Shown here: positions 9,535 to 17,297 of the stretch, piece by piece
How the letters are laid out: the number at the start of each line of letters is the position of its first letter
Position numbering within the stretch: the stretch's first letter is position 1
Sequence record: SRR2962707_4463
DNA length: 33,089 nucleotides
Reading direction: 5' to 3' (one strand)
The notes under the pieces: model-generated
Seen by the model: the letters and a program-made list of their open reading frames with translations, nothing else
What the model was told of the DNA's origin: nothing
Database searches by the model: none
Program-made: the position numbers and the translations under genes

Positions 9535-11469
9535 TTACACGCGAATCCAGCGAGAGAGTACCTCCCGGAGCGTATCCCTGCGCACGGGCTTGGTCAGATA
9601 GTCGTTCATACCTGCTTCTTTGCAGGCTTTCTCAGTATCCTCAGACACATCTGCGGTCAGTGCGATAATCGGTACGCCGCTCTGACCATTTCCCTGTTCC
9701 CAGTCGCGGATCATGCGGGTGGCATCATAGCCATCCATCACTGGCATCTGGCAGTCCATCAGAATGACATCATAACCTTCGTGGTCATTTTTGATTCGTC
9801 TAACAGCATCGGTGCCATTGGTCACGCATTCGGTCTGGAACCCGAACTTCCGCAACAGCGCTTCCGTTACTTTCTGATTCACCAGATTATCCTCGACCAC
9901 CAGGGCCCGGGCGGTACCGGTGACCTGTTCCCGTGGCTCATCGGTTGGAGGATTCTGATAGGCTAGCTCGAAAGGAAGCTCGAACCGGAATGAGGAACCC
10001 TGGCCGATATCGGACTCCACCTGCACATGCCCGCCCATCAATTCGACCAGGCGCTGGACCAGCGACAGCCCAAGCCCTGTGCCACCGTGAGCCCGGTTAT
10101 CGCCGGTGTCCAGCTGCTCAAAGCTGTTGAAGACACTTTGCAGTCGTTCCGCAGGAATACCAGAGCCTGAATCCTTAACCGAGCATTGGACGAGTACGCA
10201 GTGGTTTTCCAGCTCAAGCCAGTTCACCCGGATGCCGACGAATCCTTCGCTGGTGAACTTCAGTGAGTTGTCGATCAGCCCCGCAAGAATCTGCCTTACC
10301 CGCGGCGCATCCCCAAGCACGGCAGGATGCCGTGGCCATTCACCGAGGAACTGGAGATCCAGGCTCAGCCCCTGCTTTTCTGCGGCGTGACGGTAGGAGG
10401 CGACGCAGTTGGTAAACAGGCTCTGAAGATCGAAGGCCTGTTGGTCTAATACCAGATTGCCATTGTCCATTCTGGCGTAGTCCAGGATATCGGAGATCAC
10501 GGTCAGCAGGTCTTCCGTGGATTGCCGGGCCGTGGTCAGGTAGTCGCTCTGACGTTTGGTCAGCGGCTCTTCATGAATCAGGTCAACCATGCCGAGCACG
10601 CCGTTCAGAGGAGTCCGAAGTTCGTGACTCATGGTAGCGAGAAACTCTGACTTGGCCTGGCTGGCGTGTTCAGCTTTCTCCCGGGCACTTTCAGAAATCG
10701 CCAGTGTCTGGTCTCGGGCAGATCGAAGTTGTTCCAGGTGAACTGCGAGTTCGTTCAATTGTTGCTGTATCTCCGCAATTTCCCGGGCACTGCCCTTGCT
10801 CGAGACCGGTTGCGTGGTGTAGTCACCAACAATCAGCTTGCCAACGCGGCTGGATAGTTGTCGCATGGGCTGAAGGATATTGTTCAGGAAATGGTTTGCC
10901 AGCAGCAGGCTGAACACCAGCAAGGCAAAGCCCACGGTCAGGGAGCTCCAGAGAATATCCTGCCTTCGGGTTTCCAGAACGTCGGGGGTCACCCCGACTT
11001 GCACCAGTCCTACCCGAAGCGATCCGGAATTGAAGTTCCAGCCGCCGGTAAACCAGTCACCCGCTCCTCCGGAACCGATCTCCAGCGGTTCCTGAAGAAT
11101 CTCGGCCTCATAGATGTCGAAGATCCCGGTTGCTGTGTGTTCCGATTCAATACCTCGGCTGACAAAACCGAGCTCTTCACCAATGACGTCGGTCACGCGA
11201 ATCCAGTCTGCTTTGCTGCGTTTCAGGGACTGCCCGAGGACCTGCTCCAGCGCCGTTGAGTTACCGGAGACCACGGCATACTCAAGTGCTGGGGCGAGGC
11301 TGTCAGCAAGCATCTGACTGCTCTGGGCCAGGTCCAGACGGGCATCTTCGAGACGGGCTGAGGTAAAGAAAACCATCAATGCCACAAAAATCACAACCGC
11401 GGGCAGGGCGCCAAGCAGGAGAAGACGCCGCGAGAGTGACATGCCGGGAGTGTTGGCTGTGGTGCTCAT
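9535..11469 (-). CDS. Hybrid sensor histidine kinase (2 TM, periplasmic domain, HAMP, HisKA, HATPase, receiver)
   Basis: H-box EFLATMSHELRTPLNGVLG, N-box IDNSLKFT, G1 DSGSGI, G2 GGTGLGL; receiver VVEDN...ILMDCQMPVMDG...IIALTA...KP; no HPt domain. Confidence 0.95.
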   Translation of the reverse strand: MSTTANTPGMSLSRRLLLLGALPAVVIFVALMVFFTSARLEDARLDLAQSSQMLADSLAPALEYAVVSGNSTALEQVLGQSLKRSKADWIRVTDVIGEELGFVSRGIESEHTATGIFDIYEAEILQEPLEIGSGGAGDWFTGGWNFNSGSLRVGLVQVGVTPDVLETRRQDILWSSLTVGFALLVFSLLLANHFLNNILQPMRQLSSRVGKLIVGDYTTQPVSSKGSAREIAEIQQQLNELAVHLEQLRSARDQTLAISESAREKAEHASQAKSEFLATMSHELRTPLNGVLGMVDLIHEEPLTKRQSDYLTTARQSTEDLLTVISDILDYARMDNGNLVLDQQAFDLQSLFTNCVASYRHAAEKQGLSLDLQFLGEWPRHPAVLGDAPRVRQILAGLIDNSLKFTSEGFVGIRVNWLELENHCVLVQCSVKDSGSGIPAERLQSVFNSFEQLDTGDNRAHGGTGLGLSLVQRLVELMGGHVQVESDIGQGSSFRFELPFELAYQNPPTDEPREQVTGTARALVVEDNLVNQKVTEALLRKFGFQTECVTNGTDAVRRIKNDHEGYDVILMDCQMPVMDGYDATRMIRDWEQGNGQSGVPIIALTADVSEDTEKACKEAGMNDYLTKPVRRDTLREVLSRWIRV

Positions 11470-12467
11470 TGGCCTGCCTCCTGGTTGTTCTCGCTAATCA
11501 TGTTTTGTACCGCCTGGGCAATCCACTCCCGTTCTGGCAGCGGGATGTTCAGGGATCGCGCAACCTGCTGGTTTACTTCAACCCGGTATTCGTCAGGGTA
11601 GGTTGGCGCCGGGAAGGCGCCTGAGTCGAAATAGGTTATCAGGTGACTGGCTGCAAGCTCAGCCATCTCAATGAACGGCGCATAACTGGAGGCGAGGGCG
11701 CCGGCCTTGACATAGGCCTGGCTCGGGCCGATCAGGATCTTGTTCCTGCGATAGGCGGTCAGCAGAATGTGTTTGATATTGCGTGGGTTGTAAATGGCAT
11801 CATCCTGCCCGGCAAGGAGAAAATCACCGAAGCTGAGGGCTCGAATCAGGCTTGGGATAAGTTGATCCTCAGTATCGGCAATAAAGACCTTGGCTTCCAG
11901 GCCGTAGGGTGCCAGTTGATCGATGAGGGGTTCGTAAAGTTCTACGCTTTCGGTTGTGGCAAGCAAGGCGACGCGGGTTGCCTGGGGCAGGATGACCTTG
12001 CCGATCAAGGCTTGCCGTAATAAGGGCGCATCGTAATAGACGGCAGAAACCTGGCCGGAAAATCGTGTGGTATACCCCTCGATGAAATCCTTATCAACCA
12101 GTAATGCCAAAACCGGAAGATCCCTGTTGGCCTGGCGCACCCGTGAGAATGCGGCAGGCCCTATTGCGATCACAGGTTCATTATCGAGAACAGCGAGCTG
12201 GCTTTCGATCAGTGGCTCCAGTGCGACCTGGTCGCCAAGCTGTTTGGTCAGCAGGCGAGCAACATGGTCATCCAGAGCGGCGTTGCCAGATCCGGCGATA
12301 TAGGCTGATCTGGTCCCCGATTCCTGGCCCAGGACGAGACCAGAATCAACGAACAACAAAGCCATCAGCCAGACCAGCAAAGAGGTGACTCTGGCAAGTC
12401 TGGATGTACGGCCCGTTGTAACGTTACCGTTTGGGTTGAGCATCGTCTGACAGCTGGTCCATTCCAT
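11466..12467 (-). CDS. ABC-type periplasmic substrate-binding-like protein
   Basis: N-terminal hydrophobic signal; VIAIGPAA, YVKAGALASSY and C-terminal VNQQVARSLNIPLP resemble the ABC_sub_bind (PF04392-like) family; ATGA overlap with the kinase gene. Alternative start at ATG 12443. Confidence 0.75.
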   Translation of the reverse strand: MEWTSCQTMLNPNGNVTTGRTSRLARVTSLLVWLMALLFVDSGLVLGQESGTRSAYIAGSGNAALDDHVARLLTKQLGDQVALEPLIESQLAVLDNEPVIAIGPAAFSRVRQANRDLPVLALLVDKDFIEGYTTRFSGQVSAVYYDAPLLRQALIGKVILPQATRVALLATTESVELYEPLIDQLAPYGLEAKVFIADTEDQLIPSLIRALSFGDFLLAGQDDAIYNPRNIKHILLTAYRRNKILIGPSQAYVKAGALASSYAPFIEMAELAASHLITYFDSGAFPAPTYPDEYRVEVNQQVARSLNIPLPEREWIAQAVQNMISENNQEAGQ

Positions 12468-12497
12468 TGACTGTTTAGTTTCCTGCCCTGCACACCG

Positions 12498-14711
12498 TCA
12501 AAAGCGAATACCGGCTTCAACAAAAAACTGATTATGATCTTCGATGTTGTTGTCTGAGCTTAGCTCAGGTTCCCGGTTCAGGTAGTGTTGCATGGATAGC
12601 GCGATTTCAGCCGTATAACGGGGCTGGAATATCTGTTTCACCAACCGGGTATCAAAGCGTTCAAACCGGGTGTTGAATTCGTCGGCCCAGTAAAATGCAC
12701 CAGACCACTTAAAGCCTGCGGGAAGATCCTGAATAACCGCCAGGCTACCTGAGTGCCGGACAGACATCCGCGTGAGCAATTCCGCGTTATAGCGCTCGGT
12801 GCCGAAGTCCCTGTCGCCATTGGCGTCGAAAATAGGTTCTCCGTCATACCATGTGTCCTGATCAAGGTAGCCGTAGCTGGCCCGCAAGGACGTACCGGGA
12901 TAATCCAGGGTTGCCTCCACTTCAAAGCCTTTCTGATCTACCGCAACGTTGTTATCGATCGTCCATTCTTTTAGCTGTATGACGCCACTGATCATATCTC
13001 TGAGTTCATCCTGGAATGCCCGGACTTCAAGAGAGAACAGAGCGTTGTTCAGGGGAAACTGACCGAAGTAACTGACTTCCCGGGAAGTAATGGTTTCCTC
13101 TTCCAGATTTGTTCCAAGGGTAAGCAAAGCTGATTCCTCTGCAGAATCAAAAATGTCTATGCGTCGGCCTTCAAGGTCGGAATAAACGGCGGGTCGGACA
13201 TTGCGCAGCGTATAACCCCAGTCCGGATCTTGCTCAAAACCATCTGGAGTACGTACCGCTCTGGAGAATACGAACCTGAGGACATGGTTGTTGTTGAGAA
13301 CGAAGTTGGTTGCCACCCGTGGTGAAAAATAACTGTCGTCGGTGGTGCTGGTTCGTTCCCAGTTTCCTCCGGCATTAAAAGTAACCCACTGCCAGGGGCT
13401 GTATTCCACATTGCCGAACAGGCGGGACTGGTAATTGTTTCCTCGCCCGTTGAAGTAGGTTTCTGAGCGGAAGATATCCTTGCGGAAACCCGCGCCGGAA
13501 ACCAGTTTCAAGCTGTCGCTGACGATAAGCGTATCCTGAGCTTCCAGTTCGATCCGGGTATCTTCGGAATCTGCATCCACTACTGCAAAAGCGTCGGGAC
13601 CGCCCTGGGATATGAAACAGCGCCGTTCCCGCCCGCCGGCCGTGTACGTGTACTCATACAATGGAGTGTTGTTTCGGAGGCATTCCACCGTGCTGTCCGG
13701 AAAACTGATGGCATATTCCTGGCGCCGGTCAAAGTTCTCAACGCTGGCCTGCAAGTGGATGAAATGCTCGCTTGAGAAACTATGGTTGAGCTTGCTTTGC
13801 AGATAGTAGTCCCGCACGTCGATGTCCGGATGATCCAGCGGATTGAGTTCGCCGCTTTTGTCCTTGTCCTGGTATTTGGTGCCATCGACCACGCCGCCCT
13901 GAAGTTCCAGGTTAGTCCGCGGCGTAAATGTCAGTCGAGAATCGTAGATAAAAGAGTTGATGTCGTGGCCATCATTGAACGGGAAACGTTCATCGTCATC
14001 GACCTGATAATCAAATCCATCGAACTTGCGTTTCTCGAAACTCAGGCGCCAGTCGTAGCTCGAATCCGCATTGCCGGTGGAGGCAAACGTGCGCAGGTAG
14101 CCCCTGGAGCCACTGGTGACCGTCGTTTCCAGGTTGGCGCTGTCCGCAGGATCCCGAGTAATGATGTTGATAGTGCCCAGAAATGCGTTGATACCATAGG
14201 CGGCCGAATTCGGTCCTCTGGCTACCTCAATGCGCTCGATCAGCTCGAGGGGCACAGGCATGGTTTCCCAGTCCATGTCGGACAGAGTGGCCCGGTGAGC
14301 CGTCCGGCCGTCTACCAGAACCTGCATTCTCCGCTGTTCGTAGTGGACTGTGCCGTGGTAGGTAACCACGGGCTGATGGCTGCCAACAAAGTTCACCACC
14401 ATGCCTGGCACCAGGCGGAAGACTTCATACAGGCTTCTGATACCCAGGTCCCGGATCAGGTCTCCCCCAATCACCGTCGTACTGCCGGGCACTCGGGTTT
14501 TGGGCTGTCGCAGTCTGGTGGTGGTCAGCACTTCCGGTATCGTGGCGTTCAAGCCGGGAATACTGTCCTCGAAACCGGATTCGTGAGTTTGTGCGGTGCC
14601 GGGTAATGCCGTCCCGCTCAGCGCTGCAGAGAGGGAAACCGACAGCCATATGCGTCCTTGCAAGCGATGAAGAGAGCGTTGCTTTGCAAACAGGTAATTC
14701 GTAATGGCCAT
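12498..14711 (-). CDS. TonB-dependent receptor (plug plus beta-barrel)
   Basis: Plug motifs EVLTTTRL..., FRLVPGM, MQVLVDGR, IERIEVARGPNSAAYGINAFLGTINIIT; C-terminal FFVEAGIRF ending in Phe. ATG 14711 preferred over the ORF-caller start 14816. Confidence 0.93.
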   Translation of the reverse strand: MAITNYLFAKQRSLHRLQGRIWLSVSLSAALSGTALPGTAQTHESGFEDSIPGLNATIPEVLTTTRLRQPKTRVPGSTTVIGGDLIRDLGIRSLYEVFRLVPGMVVNFVGSHQPVVTYHGTVHYEQRRMQVLVDGRTAHRATLSDMDWETMPVPLELIERIEVARGPNSAAYGINAFLGTINIITRDPADSANLETTVTSGSRGYLRTFASTGNADSSYDWRLSFEKRKFDGFDYQVDDDERFPFNDGHDINSFIYDSRLTFTPRTNLELQGGVVDGTKYQDKDKSGELNPLDHPDIDVRDYYLQSKLNHSFSSEHFIHLQASVENFDRRQEYAISFPDSTVECLRNNTPLYEYTYTAGGRERRCFISQGGPDAFAVVDADSEDTRIELEAQDTLIVSDSLKLVSGAGFRKDIFRSETYFNGRGNNYQSRLFGNVEYSPWQWVTFNAGGNWERTSTTDDSYFSPRVATNFVLNNNHVLRFVFSRAVRTPDGFEQDPDWGYTLRNVRPAVYSDLEGRRIDIFDSAEESALLTLGTNLEEETITSREVSYFGQFPLNNALFSLEVRAFQDELRDMISGVIQLKEWTIDNNVAVDQKGFEVEATLDYPGTSLRASYGYLDQDTWYDGEPIFDANGDRDFGTERYNAELLTRMSVRHSGSLAVIQDLPAGFKWSGAFYWADEFNTRFERFDTRLVKQIFQPRYTAEIALSMQHYLNREPELSSDNNIEDHNQFFVEAGIRF

Positions 14712-14834
14712 GTGTGTCGTTCTATAATTTGCCGAGATGAAAATATTGTTATGGTTCTCAACTAATCCTAAGTGAGAGAGCCCCGTTTGTCTCCATAAAG
14801 AATACAGATTTTCCATTATCGGAGTTGCTGTTGT

Positions 14835-15527
14835 ATGAACTGTTGGGATCTTCTCGGAATCGAGCCGACGGGCGACCAGGATCGGATACGCCAGGCCTAC
14901 GAGCGTCAGTTGAAGTTTGCGTCAGGCGATGAGGCTCAAGCCCTGGAGCGGGCCTACCGTGAAGCGACCGGTGGCGCGGAGCCCCAATCGACGGCCAATG
15001 CGCCGGACGGGGTCCCGTCATCAAGCCCGACAGACAATGATTCCGGACAACTCCGCTATGAAGACGCTGATTCCCGGGCGTTTACGTCCGAAGAGGCCCA
15101 GGTTACCCGGGAAGTCATTATCCAGATCAGGGCGTTGATGAACGATAATTACCGCCAGCAGGATGTTGCTATCTGGAAGGCCATCCTGTGTGAACCCCCG
15201 GCAGATCGTGTTGATATTCGCCGGGAGATTGGTCGCCAGTTGGAGCCCCAGGTTCGCCCGCTGGCAGAAAACGGCGCGCTTCCGGCTCCGGTCGCGCGCT
15301 TTCTGGGGGACTGGTTCGAGTGGTTCAGCCTGAAAGATGTTGTTGAAGAGCCGGATCCACGGACTTACCCGGAGTCGGATATGCTATCTGGCCGAGGCAT
15401 GGGGGAGGGGGAAAGCGATTCCGCCGACCAGCCTCCACGGATGGTGAATTTCTGGCCGGCGGTTATTGGCTGGATTGTGGGTTTAGCGATTCTGGCAACC
15501 ATTTTCGGAGGCATGGGCGGGGGCTGA
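14835..15527 (+). CDS. J-domain-like protein with C-terminal transmembrane helix
   Basis: N-terminus CWDLLGIEPTGDQDRIRQAYERQLK resembles J-domain helices I-II but there is no HPD; C-terminal hydrophobic WPAVIGWIVGLAILATIFGG; GGAG RBS upstream. Confidence 0.65.
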   Translation: MNCWDLLGIEPTGDQDRIRQAYERQLKFASGDEAQALERAYREATGGAEPQSTANAPDGVPSSSPTDNDSGQLRYEDADSRAFTSEEAQVTREVIIQIRALMNDNYRQQDVAIWKAILCEPPADRVDIRREIGRQLEPQVRPLAENGALPAPVARFLGDWFEWFSLKDVVEEPDPRTYPESDMLSGRGMGEGESDSADQPPRMVNFWPAVIGWIVGLAILATIFGGMGGG

Positions 15528-16505
15528 TTTTGCCTGTTGAATTTTCTCACGATACTTCTGCGCAAGAATGGCCCCGACAATCACCTGGATCTGGTTGTAG
15601 CACATAATCGGCAACACGATCATGCCAAACCCCGGATGGCCAGAGAAAAGCACTTTGGCCATCGGCAAGCCAGATGCCAGGCTCTTCTTCGAACCACAGA
15701 AAACCACCGCGGCTTCATCCTCCAGACTGAACCCCAGCTTTCGCACCATCAATCGAGCGATCAGCATAAACAGCCCCAACAAGCCGAAGCAGATCAGAAT
15801 CGCCAGGACGATGGCCTGTACCGGAAGGTTCTGCCACAACCCGCTAACCACGGAGTGAGAGAAGGCGGAGTATACGATGACCCAGATCACACACTGGTCA
15901 TAGCGCGCCATCAGTGACTCATTGCGTGACAGGTAGCCGCCGAGCCAGGGGCGCAGGGCATGGCCAATCGCAAATGGCAGCAGTAGCTGAAGTACGATGT
16001 CTTTCAGTGCCTCGGCAACCGAGAACTCTCCGGAGCCCGAGGTGGATACCAGGAGCAGCAACAAAAACGGTGTCAGCATCATGCCGAACACATTGGACGC
16101 GGCCGCACTGCAGATGGCAGCCGGTACGTTGCCCCGGGCCATGGCGGTGTAGGCAATCGAAGAAGATACAGCGGATGGAAGCACGCCCAGATACAGAAAA
16201 CCCAGCCCCAGGTCTTTGGGCATCCACTCGGGCGCAATAGTGCTCAGTTCATTGACCGGCAGTACGGCAAGGGGGAAAAACACGAAGGTGAGGGCGGTAA
16301 TCAGGATGTGCAGCCGCCAATGGGTGGCGCCGTCGATGATCTGCTGTCTGGACAGGGCTGCGCCATGAAAGAAAAACAGTAAGGCCACCGCGATGGTGCC
16401 TGCGGTGCCGAGCGCTTCTGCCGCCTGTCCCGTTACCGGCAGGAACGAGGCGAGAACAATGGCGCCAAGTAACAGCAGGGTAAAGGTGTCTATCCGGAAT
16501 TTCAC
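15483..16505 (-). CDS. Bile acid:sodium symporter family (SBF-like/YfeH-like) transporter
   Basis: ALLFFFHGAALSR, LPSAVSSSIAYT.MARGNVPAAICSA..SN, FCGSKKSLASGLPMA; about 10 hydrophobic segments; GTG start with AAGGAG RBS. Confidence 0.9.
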   Translation of the reverse strand: MKFRIDTFTLLLLGAIVLASFLPVTGQAAEALGTAGTIAVALLFFFHGAALSRQQIIDGATHWRLHILITALTFVFFPLAVLPVNELSTIAPEWMPKDLGLGFLYLGVLPSAVSSSIAYTAMARGNVPAAICSAAASNVFGMMLTPFLLLLLVSTSGSGEFSVAEALKDIVLQLLLPFAIGHALRPWLGGYLSRNESLMARYDQCVIWVIVYSAFSHSVVSGLWQNLPVQAIVLAILICFGLLGLFMLIARLMVRKLGFSLEDEAAVVFCGSKKSLASGLPMAKVLFSGHPGFGMIVLPIMCYNQIQVIVGAILAQKYREKIQQAKSAPAHASENGCQNR

Positions 16506-16508
16506 AGC

Positions 16509-17183
16509 TTACTCCTTACCACTGAGGGCATTGAGGCTTGGTGTCAGGAGCGCCCTCGATAGTGCCTCCGCTTTATCGGAATCTTTCCGGCGAATGGCTG
16601 CCAATAGCAGTTCGTGGTCTTCCTGGCTGGGTTCCGGGAGGTCTGAATCCATTTCGGTTCGCTCAATGGTCTGGCTAACCGCGTGAGAGAAATAGTCGTA
16701 GAGCTCAATCAGCGCAGAATTGTGAGATGCTCGTACCAACGAGTGATGAAACCGCTCGTCGTGCCGTATACGTTCGGCAATGACCTCTCCGGCCGCCGCT
16801 CGCGCATCCAGGGCCTCGGTCATGGCTTTAAGATCCGCTTCGTTGCGGCGCCTCGCTGCCAGGCGCGCCGCTTCCGTCTCCAGCGTAATCCGGACCTCAA
16901 TCTGTTCTGCCAGTCGGCTTCGGGCAATTCTCCTAAGTGTTTCTCCGGCGTCCCTGTTTGCGCGCACGTAGGTCCCGTCTCCCTGTCGGGTTTCCAGCAT
17001 GCCAACGTGCACCAGAACCCTTACGGCTTCGCGGATTGTATTGCGACTGATCCCTAAAGCCTCGGAGAGCTCTGCCTCAACGGGTAAGCGAGTACCTACC
17101 GGCCATTCCCCGCTCTCAATCGTTTTCCGGAGACTTTCAATGGCGGTTTCGACCAGCGAACCTTTGCGGATTGGTGTCAGCAT
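16509..17183 (-). CDS. GntR family (FadR subfamily) transcriptional regulator
   Basis: wHTH LPVEAELSEALGISRNTIREAV...RQGDGTYV; FCD domain D.RFH..LV.ASHN and EDHELL. Confidence 0.93.
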   Translation of the reverse strand: MLTPIRKGSLVETAIESLRKTIESGEWPVGTRLPVEAELSEALGISRNTIREAVRVLVHVGMLETRQGDGTYVRANRDAGETLRRIARSRLAEQIEVRITLETEAARLAARRRNEADLKAMTEALDARAAAGEVIAERIRHDERFHHSLVRASHNSALIELYDYFSHAVSQTIERTEMDSDLPEPSQEDHELLLAAIRRKDSDKAEALSRALLTPSLNALSGKE

Positions 17184-17185
17184 AA

Positions 17186-17226
17186 TGGATCATCCCTCTA
17201 TATGGTGATCCAATCATCCTATGTTT
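17186..17226. promoter_or_regulatory. Putative operator(s) of the FadR-type regulator
   Basis: Inverted repeat TGGATCA (17186-17192) / TGATCCA (17206-17212) and near-palindrome AATCATCCTATGTTT (17212-17226) directly upstream of the regulator start codon. Confidence 0.45.
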
Positions 17227-17297
17227 AAGTGCCTGATTCAACCCTGGCTTAGAAAACTCATGAGAGACCTCGGCGGGGCGGTTCCGTGCTGCTGGGC

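Noticed and set aside
13782-14606. 274-aa plus-strand ORF (and similar ones at 2308-3051, 21800-22579, 25747-26349, 26722-27402)
   Set aside because: All lie antisense to well-supported genes and lack domain signatures.
14802-14820. Possible Fur box upstream of the TonB-dependent receptor (GATAATG half-site on minus strand)
   Set aside because: Only about 10 of 19 positions match the consensus by eye and there is no second half-site, so iron regulation cannot be claimed.
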